From: an uncultured delta proteobacterium | Lineage (GTDB): Bacteria; Desulfobacterota; Binatia; DP-6 | Direction: 5' to 3' | Assembly (NCBI GenBank): GCA_963815115.1 | Contig: CAWFFN010000007.1 | Coordinates: 224,001 to 288,000 of the forward strand | DNA: 64,000 bases | In this document: positions 20,205 through 29,983 of the stretch, one piece after another | Layout: each line of letters begins with the position of its first letter | How positions within the stretch are numbered: the first letter of the stretch is position 1 | Notes under the pieces: generated by a model | Seen by the model: the letters and a program-made list of their open reading frames with translations, nothing else | Database searches by the model: none | Told to the model about the DNA's origin: nothing | Position numbers and translations under genes: made by a program

Positions 20205-21407
20205 ATGGCGCACGTCACCTTCAAGCAGATGATGAACGAGGTGGTGGACTTCGGCAGCTGCTGCGAATGCGGCACCTGCGTCCTCGTGTGCCCCCACAAC
20301 GTCATCGACTACATCGAGGGCAAGCCGAAGCAGGTGGCCAAGGCCACGGCAGCCTTCGACTACTGCGGGATCAGCGAGGGGATCGGCTGCGACGTGTGCG
20401 CGCAGGTCTGTCCCCGCCTGGGCATTCGCGAGTTCGACATGCGCGATGCCGTCCTGCCGGTCGAGGCCGGCGTGTACGATGGACTCTTCGGTCGCTATCG
20501 CCGGGTAGTCGCCGCCCGCTGCAAGGACCCCGCGATCCTCGCCCGCTGCCAGGACGGCGGCGTCGTGACGGCCATCCTGTGCCATGGGCTGCGCGAGGGG
20601 CTGTTCGACGGCGCGTGCGTGTCGGCGGCCGACGAGAGCCTGCCCGCCGCTCCCAAGCCGAAAGTGGTCACCACGGTCGAGGACGCGATCGCCAGCGCCA
20701 GCTCGTGGTACACGTACTGCCCGAACGACCTCGCTCTCGCCGACGCCGAGCGCATGGGTCTGAAGCGCGTCTGCTTCGTCGGCGTGCCCTGCCAGGTGAC
20801 GCCGGTGCGCAAGATCCAGCTCGCGGATCCGGCGTTCCTCACCAACGGCCGCAAGAAGGAGAAGCACATCGAGCGCCAGACGAAGTTCCTGAAAGGCTTC
20901 GGCGAGATCGTCGATTTCACCATAGGCCTCCTGTGCACGGAGGTCTTCACCTACGAGGGCCTGATGGTCCAGAAGATCGAGCAGGAGATGGGCATCCCGC
21001 TCGCCGACGTGAAGAAGTTCAACGTGAAGGGGAAGGTGCTGATCTACCGGAAGGACGGCGAGGTGGTGGAGATGAGCCTCCACAAGGCGCAGGAGTACGC
21101 GCGCCCCGAGTGCCATCACTGCGGCGACTTCACCGCCGAGCTGGCGGACATCTCCTGCGGGGGCGTGGCGTGCATGGACTGGACGATCACCGTACTGCGG
21201 TCGGCCCGGGGCGAGGCGCTGTTCGACGACATGGTACGGCGCGGGCTGCTCGAGACCCGGCCCATGGAGGAGTTCGAGAACTCGATGCAGGTGATGCTGC
21301 GGCTCACGCGCAAGCAGCGCGAGCGCGTCCCGGTGCCGCCAGGCCGCACGCCGCGCGCCGTCCGGCCCGCCGGCTATCCGGCGGTCGCTTCCGATCCGGG
21401 TGCGTGA
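20205..21407 (+). CDS. FrhB/FdhB (F420 hydrogenase/dehydrogenase beta subunit) family protein with N-terminal ferredoxin
   Basis: CCECGTCVLVCP, QDGGVVT, VGVPCQ, GLLC and 'CHHCGDFTAELADISCG' motifs. Confidence 0.9.
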   Translation: MAHVTFKQMMNEVVDFGSCCECGTCVLVCPHNVIDYIEGKPKQVAKATAAFDYCGISEGIGCDVCAQVCPRLGIREFDMRDAVLPVEAGVYDGLFGRYRRVVAARCKDPAILARCQDGGVVTAILCHGLREGLFDGACVSAADESLPAAPKPKVVTTVEDAIASASSWYTYCPNDLALADAERMGLKRVCFVGVPCQVTPVRKIQLADPAFLTNGRKKEKHIERQTKFLKGFGEIVDFTIGLLCTEVFTYEGLMVQKIEQEMGIPLADVKKFNVKGKVLIYRKDGEVVEMSLHKAQEYARPECHHCGDFTAELADISCGGVACMDWTITVLRSARGEALFDDMVRRGLLETRPMEEFENSMQVMLRLTRKQRERVPVPPGRTPRAVRPAGYPAVASDPGA

Positions 21408-21526
21408 ACGTGCCCGCGTCCGAGGCGGCGCGGGCTTGGCATCACGCGCGCGGCCTGTGCTAGAGTCCTCGCGCCCCTGCGGTCGCGTGCCTCACGCCCC
21501 GCTCATTCCCAGCAAGGAGGTTGTTC

Positions 21527-22714
21527 ATGGCCAAGGCAGTCATCGTGAGCGCGACGCGGACCGCGATCGGGACGCTGGCTGGGGCGCTCGCCCAGCAGCC
21601 CGCCACCAAGCTCGGCGCCGTCGCCGTCCGTGAGGCGGTCAGCCGGGCGAAGCTCTCACCCGAGCAGGTCGACGAGGTCATCCTCGGCCACGTGCTGCCC
21701 GCCGGCCTGGGGCTGAACCCGGGACGCGTGGCAGCCCTCGAGGCGGGGCTGCCGAAGGAAACCACCTCCTTCACCGTGAACAAGGCCTGCGGCTCCGGCC
21801 TGAAGGCGGCCGTGCTCGCCGCGCAGGCGGTCACGCTGGGCGACGCGGACATCATCGTCGCCGGGGGCATGGAGAGCATGAGCGGCGCGCCGTACATCTT
21901 GAAGAAGGCGCGCTTCGGCGTCCGCATGGGCCACGATCAGCTGCTCGACTCGATGATCGCCGACGGGCTCACGTGCCCGATCACGCTCGTACACATGGGC
22001 ATCACGGCGGAGAACATCGCGGCGAAGTACGGCATCAGCCGCGAGGAGCAGGACGAGTTCGCGGCCGAGAGCCAGCAGAAGGCCGCCGCCGCCATCGAGG
22101 GCGGGCACTTCAAGGACGAGATCGTGCCGGTCGAGGTCGCCGGTGCGAAGAAGGGCGAGACCTTCCGGTTCGAGGTCGACGAGCATCCGCGCGCCGGCAC
22201 GACGGCGGAGAAGCTGAAGCCGCTGCGTGCCGCCTTCAAGCCCGACGGGGGCACCGTCACCGCCGGCAACGCCTCGGGCGTCAACGACGGCGGGGCCGCG
22301 GTCGTCATCATGTCCGATCGCAAGGCGAAGGAGCTCGGCCTGACGCCGCTGGCCACGATCCGAAGCTACGCCTCGGCCGGGGTCGACCCGTCGATCATGG
22401 GGATGGGCCCCTGGCCGGCATCGGAGAAAGCCCTCGAGCGTGCCGGCCTGCGCAAAGAGGAGATCGACCTCTGGGAGCTGAACGAGGCCTTCGCCGCGCA
22501 GTCGCTCGGCGTGCAGCGCGAGCTGAAGCTTCCCAAGAACCGAGTCAACGTCAACGGCGGTGCCATCGCGCTCGGGCATCCCATCGGCGCCAGCGGCGCC
22601 CGGGTGCTGGTGACGCTGCTCCACGCCATGGCGGCGCGCGACGCCCGGCTCGGGGTCGCGTCGCTCTGCATCGGTGGCGGCCAGGGCATCGCCATGGTGG
22701 TCGAGCGCGGCTAG
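21527..22714 (+). CDS. Acetyl-CoA C-acetyltransferase (thiolase)
   Basis: [19 protein letters not shown] and LCIGGGQG motifs. Confidence 0.95.
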   Translation: MAKAVIVSATRTAIGTLAGALAQQPATKLGAVAVREAVSRAKLSPEQVDEVILGHVLPAGLGLNPGRVAALEAGLPKETTSFTVNKACGSGLKAAVLAAQAVTLGDADIIVAGGMESMSGAPYILKKARFGVRMGHDQLLDSMIADGLTCPITLVHMGITAENIAAKYGISREEQDEFAAESQQKAAAAIEGGHFKDEIVPVEVAGAKKGETFRFEVDEHPRAGTTAEKLKPLRAAFKPDGGTVTAGNASGVNDGGAAVVIMSDRKAKELGLTPLATIRSYASAGVDPSIMGMGPWPASEKALERAGLRKEEIDLWELNEAFAAQSLGVQRELKLPKNRVNVNGGAIALGHPIGASGARVLVTLLHAMAARDARLGVASLCIGGGQGIAMVVERG

Positions 22715-22718
22715 TCAC

Positions 22719-23005
22719 TCGACCCGAGACTCCGTCTCGGGTCGAAGCGGAGACGAGCGTGTGGCGTTCGGTGGATGAGACACACGTCATGCCGCGGCCG
22801 GCAAAGCCGGCGCGGCAAAACGTGGCACCCTCTCGGCGCCGGCCGAATCCGTCCTGCCCCGCCCGCAAGCGAGCCGTGCCGGCTCGCAGCTCGCGCTCTG
22901 GAACATCTGCCGCGCCGGCTTTGCCGGCCGCGGCACGACGCCCGCACTGTTCCTCGCGCCTCATGCTTGGATCTCCGTCTCGACCCGAGACGAAGTCTCG
23001 GGTCG
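22719..23005. repeat. Nested palindromic intergenic element (REPIN/MITE-like)
   Basis: Terminal hairpins CGACCCGAGAC-NNN-GTCTCGGGTCG at both ends; internal 33-bp inverted repeat at 22785-22817 and 22908-22940 (1 mismatch). Confidence 0.8.
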
Positions 23006-23016
23006 TTGTGTAGGCC

Positions 23017-23709
23017 GTGGCGGTTGCAGCCCTCTTCGACATCGACGGGACGCTGCTCGCGCGTAACACGGCCCACCTCTACATGAATCACCTCCGACGT
23101 ACGGGCCAGGCCCGGCGTCGGGACGTGGCGCGAACCCTCTACTACCTGTTCTGGTACAAGCTCGGGCTGCTCGACGTTCGCTCCGCGCTCGAGGTGTCGA
23201 TGGCCTTCGTGCGTGGGCGTGACGAGGCGGCACTGGCCGCCGACTGCGTCGCCTGGTATCGCGAGGCGGTCCGTCCCTACGTCTTTCCGAGCATGGCAGC
23301 GCTGGTCGAGGCGCATCGCCGTGCCGGTCACCTGACGGTCATCCTGACCAGCGCGACGCGCTACCTGGCCGAGCCCCTGGGCGCCGACCTGGAGATCGGT
23401 CACTTCCTGGTCACGGAGCTGGTGGTGCGCGACGGGCGATTCACCGGCGAGGTGATCGAGCCCGTGTGCTACGGGCGTGGCAAGGTGTACTGGGCCGAGC
23501 GCTTCGCGGCCGAGCATGGAGTCGATCTCGGACGCAGCTACTTCTACACCGATTCGATCACGGATCTGCCGGTGCTCGATCGCGTCGGGCACCCGCGTGT
23601 GGTACATCCCGATCCACGGCTGCGGCGGCTCGCGCAGCGTCGAGGCTGGCAGGTACTGCGGCCCCGACTGGGAGAGTTCGTGGAGGCGTCGGCAACCCGC
23701 GTGGTCTGA
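23017..23709 (+). CDS. HAD-IB family hydrolase (SerB1-like)
   Basis: FDIDGTL, TSAT, GK and YTDSITDLP motifs. Confidence 0.9.
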   Translation: MAVAALFDIDGTLLARNTAHLYMNHLRRTGQARRRDVARTLYYLFWYKLGLLDVRSALEVSMAFVRGRDEAALAADCVAWYREAVRPYVFPSMAALVEAHRRAGHLTVILTSATRYLAEPLGADLEIGHFLVTELVVRDGRFTGEVIEPVCYGRGKVYWAERFAAEHGVDLGRSYFYTDSITDLPVLDRVGHPRVVHPDPRLRRLAQRRGWQVLRPRLGEFVEASATRVV

Positions 23710-23742
23710 CGCACCAGGCGGCGGGGAGAAAGGACGGGCGGC

Positions 23743-23883
23743 ATGGGGCAGTATGGTGGAGGGAAGCAGAGCTCCCCGGCGCGGGCCCTGGTCCGGCCGG
23801 TGCTGATGCTCGTCGTCGGCCTGGCCGCGGGACTCCTCATGTGGCAGGTGCTCATGGCCGACTCCGGCATCCCGCTGCGCTGA
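23743..23883 (+). CDS. Putative 46-aa single-pass membrane protein (absent from the ORF track)
   Basis: MGQYGGGKQSSPARALVRPVLMLVVGLAAGLLMWQVLMADSGIPLR*; AAGGA upstream; fills the gap before dnaB. Confidence 0.5.
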   Translation: MGQYGGGKQSSPARALVRPVLMLVVGLAAGLLMWQVLMADSGIPLR

Positions 23884-23890
23884 CGCGCGC

Positions 23891-26527
23891 ATGGCCAGCA
23901 TCGAGGACAGCCTCCGCCGGGTGCCCCCGCAGAGCATCGAGGCCGAGCAGTCGGTACTCGGCGGCATCCTGCTCGAGAACGCGGCGATCGATCGTCTGGC
24001 GGAAGTCCTCCAGGCCGACGACTTCTACCGCGAGGCGCACCGCAAGGTGTTCCGTGCCATGCAGGCCCTCTCGGAGCGCAACGAGCCGGTCGACCTGATC
24101 ACGCTCCCCGAGGAGCTGCGCGCGCGCGGGGAGCTCGCGGCGATCGGAGGCGCCGCCTTCCTCGCCGAGCTCGCCGAGCGCGTGCCGACCGCCGCCAACA
24201 TCGTCAACTACGCCCGCATCGTGCGCGAGAGGGCAATTCTTCGCGGCCTCATCGCGACCGCCACCAGCATTGCCGCGCGCGGCTACGACCCGGGCCAGGA
24301 CGTCAAGGAGCTGGTCGAGCGCGCCGAGCAGGAGATCTTCGCCATCTCCGATCGCGAGGTACGGCCGGCGTTCGTTCGCATCGACCGGCTGCTGGGCGAC
24401 GCGTTCCGCACCATCGACCGGCTGCACGAGGAGCGCCAGCCGGTGACCGGCGTGCCCACGGGGTTCGCCGACCTCGATCGGCTGACGGCCGGGCTCCAGC
24501 GATCCGATCTGGTCATCGTCGCCGGTCGTCCCAGCATGGGGAAGACGGCCTTCTGCCTGAACATCGCCGAGCACGCGGCGCTGCGGGCCGAGGCCGGGGT
24601 CGCCGTATTCTCCCTCGAGATGTCGAAGGAGCAGCTCGCGATGCGCATGCTGTGCTCCGAGGCGCGCGTGGATCTGGCCCGGGTGCGCACCGGCCACCTG
24701 ACCGACCGCGAGTTTCGCGAGCTGGCCGAGGCGGCGGCACGGCTCTCCTACGCGCCGATCTACGTCGACGATACGCCCGCGCTGTCCATCCTCGAGCTGC
24801 GCGCGAAGGCCCGCCGGCTGCATCGCGATCCCGAGGCCAAGCTGAAGCTCGTCATCGTCGACTACCTCCAGCTCATGCGGAGCAGCGAGGGCAAGGACAA
24901 CCGCGAGCAGGAGATCTCCGAGATCTCGCGCTCGCTGAAGGCGCTGGCCAAGGAGCTCAACCTTCCCGTGCTCGCGCTGTCGCAGCTCAACCGCCAGGTC
25001 GAGAACCGCAATCCGCCGAAGCCCCGGCTGGCCGATCTGCGCGAATGTGTCACCGGCGATACGCGCGTCGTGCTCGCCGACGGACGGCGGGTCGCCATCC
25101 GCGAGCTCGTTGGAACGGCGCCCCGGGTGCTTGCCGTGTCGGGCGATCAGAAGATCGTTCGCGCAGCGTCCGACAAGGTCTGGCCCGTGGGTCGCCGGCA
25201 GGTGTTCGACGTTCGACTCGCGAGTGGTCGCTCGCTGCGTGCGACGGGTCGGCACCGGCTCCTCGGCGCAACCGGGTGGGTGCGCGTCGAGACGCTGTCA
25301 CCGGGCGCTCGCCTCGCCCTCGCACGAGGGCTGCCCGAGCCGGAATGCCCGGCACATTGGACCGACGCGCGCGTGGTCCTTCTCGCGCACCTCGTGGGCG
25401 ATGGGAGCTACCTGCCTCGCCAACCGCTCCGCTACACGACGGCGTCCGAGGAGAACAGCCAGGCCGTCCGGCACGCGGCGGAGACGGAATTCGGTGCACG
25501 AGTGAGTCGCCAGCCGGGGCGGGGACGCTGGCACCGGCTGGTGATTGCGGGCAACGGCAACCGCTGGCATCCGGCCGGTGTGGGGCAGTGGCTGCGCGAG
25601 CTGGAAATCCACGGGCAGCGCTCGCATGAAAAGCGGTTGCCGGCCGTGGTATTCACGCTCTGCAGCCGGCAGATTGCCCTGCTCCTCCGACACCTGTGGG
25701 CGACCGACGGGCACATTTCGGTGCGGAGCCCCGGAAGCCGTGGGCCTGGCCGCGTCTACTTCGCGACTTGCGGCCGGGGTCTCGCCGATGACGTCGCAGC
25801 CTTGCTGCTGCGAATCGGTATCGTGGCGCGGATCCGGACGGTGGCACAGCGCGGCCATCGCCCCGTCCATATCGTCGATGTGTCGGGGGCCGAGTTCCAG
25901 AGTCGGTTCCTCGAGGTCGTGGGTGCGTTTGGCCCCCGCGCGATTCCTGCCGCGTGCCTCGCGGAGGTCGTCGCCGAGCGGTGCCCGAACCCCAACGTCG
26001 GTACCCTGCCGCGGGAGGTGTTCGGGCAGGTGAAGGCGGCGATGGCCGCCCGCGGCATCAGCCAGCGGGCGATGGCAGCCGGCCGCGGCACGTCATACGG
26101 CGGGACCTCGCACTTCCGATTTGCGCCCTCCCGCGCGACGGTGTCGAGCTACGCGCGGATTCTCGAGAACGACGGCCTCCGGCAGGCGGCGGAGAGCGAT
26201 CTCTTCTGGGACCGTGTGGTGGAGGTGAGCCCTGCGGGCGAAGAGGATGTCTTCGACCTGACCGTCCCGGGTCCGGCCTGCTGGCTGGCGGACGGAATCG
26301 TCAGCCACAACTCGGGCGCGATCGAGCAGGACGCCGACGTGATCGCGTTCATCTACCGCGAGGAAGCGTACGACGAGGACACCGACAAGCGCGGGGTCGC
26401 GGAGATCATCGTCGCCAAGCAGCGCAACGGCCCCGTCGGCAACGTCGAGCTGACCTTCCTGCGCGAGTACACGCGCTTCGAGAACCGCGAGGTGCTGCAG
26501 GAGGAGGCGGGGCAGGGCCCCGGCTAG
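23891..26527 (+). CDS. dnaB: Replicative DNA helicase, intein-containing
   Basis: PPQSIEAEQ, GRPSMGKT, VDYLQL, SQLNR and DLRE|intein|SGAIEQDAD motifs. Confidence 0.97.
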   Translation: MASIEDSLRRVPPQSIEAEQSVLGGILLENAAIDRLAEVLQADDFYREAHRKVFRAMQALSERNEPVDLITLPEELRARGELAAIGGAAFLAELAERVPTAANIVNYARIVRERAILRGLIATATSIAARGYDPGQDVKELVERAEQEIFAISDREVRPAFVRIDRLLGDAFRTIDRLHEERQPVTGVPTGFADLDRLTAGLQRSDLVIVAGRPSMGKTAFCLNIAEHAALRAEAGVAVFSLEMSKEQLAMRMLCSEARVDLARVRTGHLTDREFRELAEAAARLSYAPIYVDDTPALSILELRAKARRLHRDPEAKLKLVIVDYLQLMRSSEGKDNREQEISEISRSLKALAKELNLPVLALSQLNRQVENRNPPKPRLADLRECVTGDTRVVLADGRRVAIRELVGTAPRVLAVSGDQKIVRAASDKVWPVGRRQVFDVRLASGRSLRATGRHRLLGATGWVRVETLSPGARLALARGLPEPECPAHWTDARVVLLAHLVGDGSYLPRQPLRYTTASEENSQAVRHAAETEFGARVSRQPGRGRWHRLVIAGNGNRWHPAGVGQWLRELEIHGQRSHEKRLPAVVFTLCSRQIALLLRHLWATDGHISVRSPGSRGPGRVYFATCGRGLADDVAALLLRIGIVARIRTVAQRGHRPVHIVDVSGAEFQSRFLEVVGAFGPRAIPAACLAEVVAERCPNPNVGTLPREVFGQVKAAMAARGISQRAMAAGRGTSYGGTSHFRFAPSRATVSSYARILENDGLRQAAESDLFWDRVVEVSPAGEEDVFDLTVPGPACWLADGIVSHNSGAIEQDADVIAFIYREEAYDEDTDKRGVAEIIVAKQRNGPVGNVELTFLREYTRFENREVLQEEAGQGPG
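25046..26311 (+). mobile_element. Intein (422 aa) with LAGLIDADG homing endonuclease domain
   Basis: Begins CVTGD after RE and ends VSHN before S; LAHLVGDGS and LRHLWATDG motifs. Confidence 0.93.
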
Positions 26528-26615
26528 GCTCCCCCAGGCCCGCGAGGGTGCGGCGCGACGTCGGGGGATTGGACGAGCTGATAGTGGGATCTGATTCGGC
26601 TCCTCGGCCCAGGCG

Positions 26616-29336
26616 TCAGTACCTTGCTGCTACCACAGTAGCGCCGTGCGGAAAGACAACGTACGAGCCGGCCACTGCCCCGGCGGCCGTGCTCGGACCG
26701 CTCCATACGACCTCACCGCTTCCAATATCATAGATTGCGTTCGTGTCTCGAGAGTACAAGCGCACTCCCGATATCAGTTGCAAGTTTGCAATTGCTGGCA
26801 GCGGAGACTGGGAGACGAAATTCCCCGAGGAATCGTAGATCATCCCGGGAGTAACGCCATCGGCTGTAACTTCGCCACCAACGAGCAAGCGGTCGTCGGC
26901 AAGCCACCCCACCGCACTACCGGCTACCGCAGTGACAAAAACACCATCGTCATAGATCCGGGTTATTTCTCCGCCCATTAGCTCAGGAAGTGCAACCAAA
27001 TGGCTATTCGGGGAGATGAGAATGACCGGCAAAGTGCCCGGTCCCTCGTCAACCAGAACGGTGACGCTTCCCGTCAAATCTGTCACCAGGCGCCTGTACT
27101 GCCAGAACGGCGCGTTGAACGTGCCAAATACCTGACCCAACCGTGTGCCACCTCTGGAGAGCACAAAGTCGAAGAAGAGGGAAGGATATGTGGACCAGCT
27201 GTAGGGCCAAGTTACAACCTCAGCGGCGGTTGGAAGCGAGAACACCTTGAGGGACCGATCTGCCCAATATTGGGAGTCAACGGTATTTCCCGATGCCGCA
27301 AGGATCATCGCATCTGCTGACATCTCAACGTGGGCGCTCGCGAACGGAATCTCCGTAGACAGCTTCGCGGGGCCCGATGAGAGATCGAAAAGCACTATCC
27401 TTCCGCTCGCCGTGGCAATCGCGCCCATGCCTGTGCCCGAGCCGGCGACGCTAAACGCCGCTCCGTAGCTGAGGGAGCGCGGGCCTCCCGGCAGCGCGAT
27501 GTTGGCGCTGTCAAACACGACACCATGGACATTGCCTACGGACCAGTTGCCCTGGAAATCTCCGGCGAAGGCTGTAAGGTAGGCGACGGGCACAGAGATC
27601 GGCGTCTGCGTTACCTCTGTGAGATCCAGGTCCACAATATTGATACTGCCCTGGCCAAACGGAATGAGGCCGAGCAGTCTACCCGCCGGAATCGCAAGGC
27701 CGTCTACACCAGGCGAGAAGGTCGCGACCGGTACGGCACCGAGGCTGCGCATGGCGTAGATGTCAACGGGGTATCCGGGCGTCCTTTCCCGGTAAGTCCA
27801 GACGTAGCCCGCTTGGCCCGTCAGGTTCTCGATGGTCGGAAGGACTCCGGTCGCCTCTTGAACGCCGTCCTTTGAGTATATCCAGACTCTGGTGGACAAG
27901 TTGCTGATGAATCGCTGCCCGTCGACGAACCAGGAGTGAAAACTTCCCGAGAAGGGAGGTGTTAGCGTGTCAGAGCCGTCCGAGATCGATACAAGTTCGA
28001 CCCGATCAGCCCCTGCAGGACCGCGAGCAATGCGAAGCTCCCCCGAAGCACCGAAGATACTTGCAGCGCCATAGTTGCCCCCTCTGACAACGAGGAGGTC
28101 GCCACTCGCTGCGGCCCATACGGAAAGGCCTTCGGCAGTGGCAGTCCACAGATAGCTACCATCAATTGCGAGACGAACTGCCCCGGACACGTCCGTGATG
28201 GTCGACCGCAACGACCCGTCGGATGCGTTCCTGACTTCTACAAGACCTCCGTGCTGGACTATGATCGTGTCCCCTGCCAGTGCGGCGTAGGCCGAACCAT
28301 CCAGGACCTTCGTACGACCCGTGGTCTCCCACAGCACCCAGTGACCCGTAGAGTCCGTGCTGAGAACACGAGTGCCGGAGTGCGTGAGGGACGCTATGGG
28401 TGTGGCGTGTCCGAGATCGAGGACTTCGATCCCGAGGGTGGTCGTAGTCGTGCCACTACTGGTCGATGTGCTGGTCGCGCTTGTGCTTGTTGTCGATGAC
28501 GTGCTCGTACTGGTCGAACTTGACGTGGTCGTTGTCGGCACCGTGTCCTTGAACGCCGGCACGCACAGCTCGGTCACCGCGTGAGCGACGAGCACTGTCG
28601 GCCCGAAGTTCGTGTTGTTTACGGACACGGTCTGTGAGTGGAACGTTACCTGTGGCGCCTGCTTCGCGAGCTTCGCCTCGTAGCAGACGAGGTAGCCGAG
28701 ATGATGGGGAGCGGTGGGGTCCTCGTTGCTCTTGTTGGTTGGCGCACAGAGCTTGGTGATCTTCTTCAGATCGTAGACGGCAGCGCCGAAGTGGTCCGCC
28801 ACTGTTACGTTCGGGATCATTCCGAACTTCGGCGTCTTCTTCAATGTGCCGACTCGGTAGCACGCGAAGTGATCGATACCCGCGCTGTTGACGAGCCCGG
28901 CGCCGCCCGGCCCGAGGGCCATCGCCGAAGGCACCAGCAGAGCCACGGGCTTCACGACGGTCAGGGGATGCTGGCCAAACTGGTCGATCGCCGTGTGGGC
29001 GCTCTTCACGAACTTTGCCTGCCCCTTCGCAACGTTCAAGCGGTAGTCGACCTGGTGAACGTCGGACCGGACCCCAGACGGCTCCGTGTTCTCCTGCGCA
29101 GGATTACACATCTCGTCGGGCTTCTTTACCGTCACCAAGCGCGTGCCGAACTGGTCTTCAAGAGTCTTCCGCGATGGTATGAAATTCGGCTGGCCCCGCA
29201 CGGTCCCAGCCTTGTAGCAGAGGTAGCGATCGCCAGGCGGGACGCTCTGCTGGCCCGTCGCCCATAGCGGACCCAAGGCGACCGCCATTGCCAGGATCCT
29301 GGCGAGGAGCACGCTCAATCTGGCGACGTTCCTCAC
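26616..29336 (-). CDS. Large secreted modular protein: Cys-containing 'DQFG' repeats, Thr/Ser linker, probable beta-propeller
   Basis: Signal peptide; three repeats containing CY, D(Q/H)FG and LCxP-like motifs; TTTTSSSTST linker; beta-rich C-terminal half. Confidence 0.75.
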   Translation of the reverse strand: MRNVARLSVLLARILAMAVALGPLWATGQQSVPPGDRYLCYKAGTVRGQPNFIPSRKTLEDQFGTRLVTVKKPDEMCNPAQENTEPSGVRSDVHQVDYRLNVAKGQAKFVKSAHTAIDQFGQHPLTVVKPVALLVPSAMALGPGGAGLVNSAGIDHFACYRVGTLKKTPKFGMIPNVTVADHFGAAVYDLKKITKLCAPTNKSNEDPTAPHHLGYLVCYEAKLAKQAPQVTFHSQTVSVNNTNFGPTVLVAHAVTELCVPAFKDTVPTTTTSSSTSTSTSSTTSTSATSTSTSSGTTTTTLGIEVLDLGHATPIASLTHSGTRVLSTDSTGHWVLWETTGRTKVLDGSAYAALAGDTIIVQHGGLVEVRNASDGSLRSTITDVSGAVRLAIDGSYLWTATAEGLSVWAAASGDLLVVRGGNYGAASIFGASGELRIARGPAGADRVELVSISDGSDTLTPPFSGSFHSWFVDGQRFISNLSTRVWIYSKDGVQEATGVLPTIENLTGQAGYVWTYRERTPGYPVDIYAMRSLGAVPVATFSPGVDGLAIPAGRLLGLIPFGQGSINIVDLDLTEVTQTPISVPVAYLTAFAGDFQGNWSVGNVHGVVFDSANIALPGGPRSLSYGAAFSVAGSGTGMGAIATASGRIVLFDLSSGPAKLSTEIPFASAHVEMSADAMILAASGNTVDSQYWADRSLKVFSLPTAAEVVTWPYSWSTYPSLFFDFVLSRGGTRLGQVFGTFNAPFWQYRRLVTDLTGSVTVLVDEGPGTLPVILISPNSHLVALPELMGGEITRIYDDGVFVTAVAGSAVGWLADDRLLVGGEVTADGVTPGMIYDSSGNFVSQSPLPAIANLQLISGVRLYSRDTNAIYDIGSGEVVWSGPSTAAGAVAGSYVVFPHGATVVAARY

Positions 29337-29442
29337 CTTCCAGCCATCCTTCCGTGACTCATCCCCCGATCCCTTCTGGGTGCCCGGCTTCGTTGGCCCA
29401 ATACCGGGAAAACGGGGGCGGTCTGCATGCTCGTATCGACGC

Positions 29443-29458
29443 AGCAGAAGTCGTGCCG
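29443..29458 (-). promoter_or_regulatory. Putative sigma54 promoter for the 26616-29336 gene
   Basis: CGGCAC-GACTT-CTGCT on the - strand; palindrome TTTCTCATGAGAAA at 29540-29553 upstream. Confidence 0.55.
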
Positions 29459-29746
29459 AGAGCCCGGCGCAGCGGACGGGATGAGAGTGCGAGGTTTGCC
29501 CGCAGATCTTGTCACGGACAGGAAGCGTGCGGGGGGCGGTTTCTCATGAGAAAGAACTCAGGCCCGGATCACGACCGCTCCGTCTCTGTAGGACAGGTCC
29601 GAAAAGCTCGGCAGCGCGGCCGCCGAGGTTCCAGCGGCGTCAGCGGCGCCCTCGCGATCAGCAGACCATGATGCAGCATGACGCGGCGGTGAAACCATTT
29701 GAGCGGCCGCAGCGCGTAGGCCAGGAGATCGCGATCGGAGGGAGCG

Positions 29747-29983
29747 ATCACGCCGAGCAGGAACGATGACACAACGGTCTACAAGCTGGACGTGAAGGAT
29801 GACATCACCGCTAAGAAAGCCGGCGACGGCTCAGTCGCCATCCAGTTCGGCGGTTGCGACGGGAAGATCCCGAACTGCCTGCCGATCACGAAGGGCTGGA
29901 ACTACATGGTGCGCCTCTACCGCCCGCGCGCCGAGGTTTTGAATGGGAGTTGGCACTTCCCCGAAGCGCAGGCGGCGAGTTGA
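29747..29983 (+). pseudogene. C-terminal remnant of a DUF1254/DUF1214 protein
   Basis: 'QFGGCDGKIPNCLPITKGWNYMVRLYRPR' is a typical C-terminus; N-terminus is absent and there is an apparent internal deletion. Confidence 0.7.
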
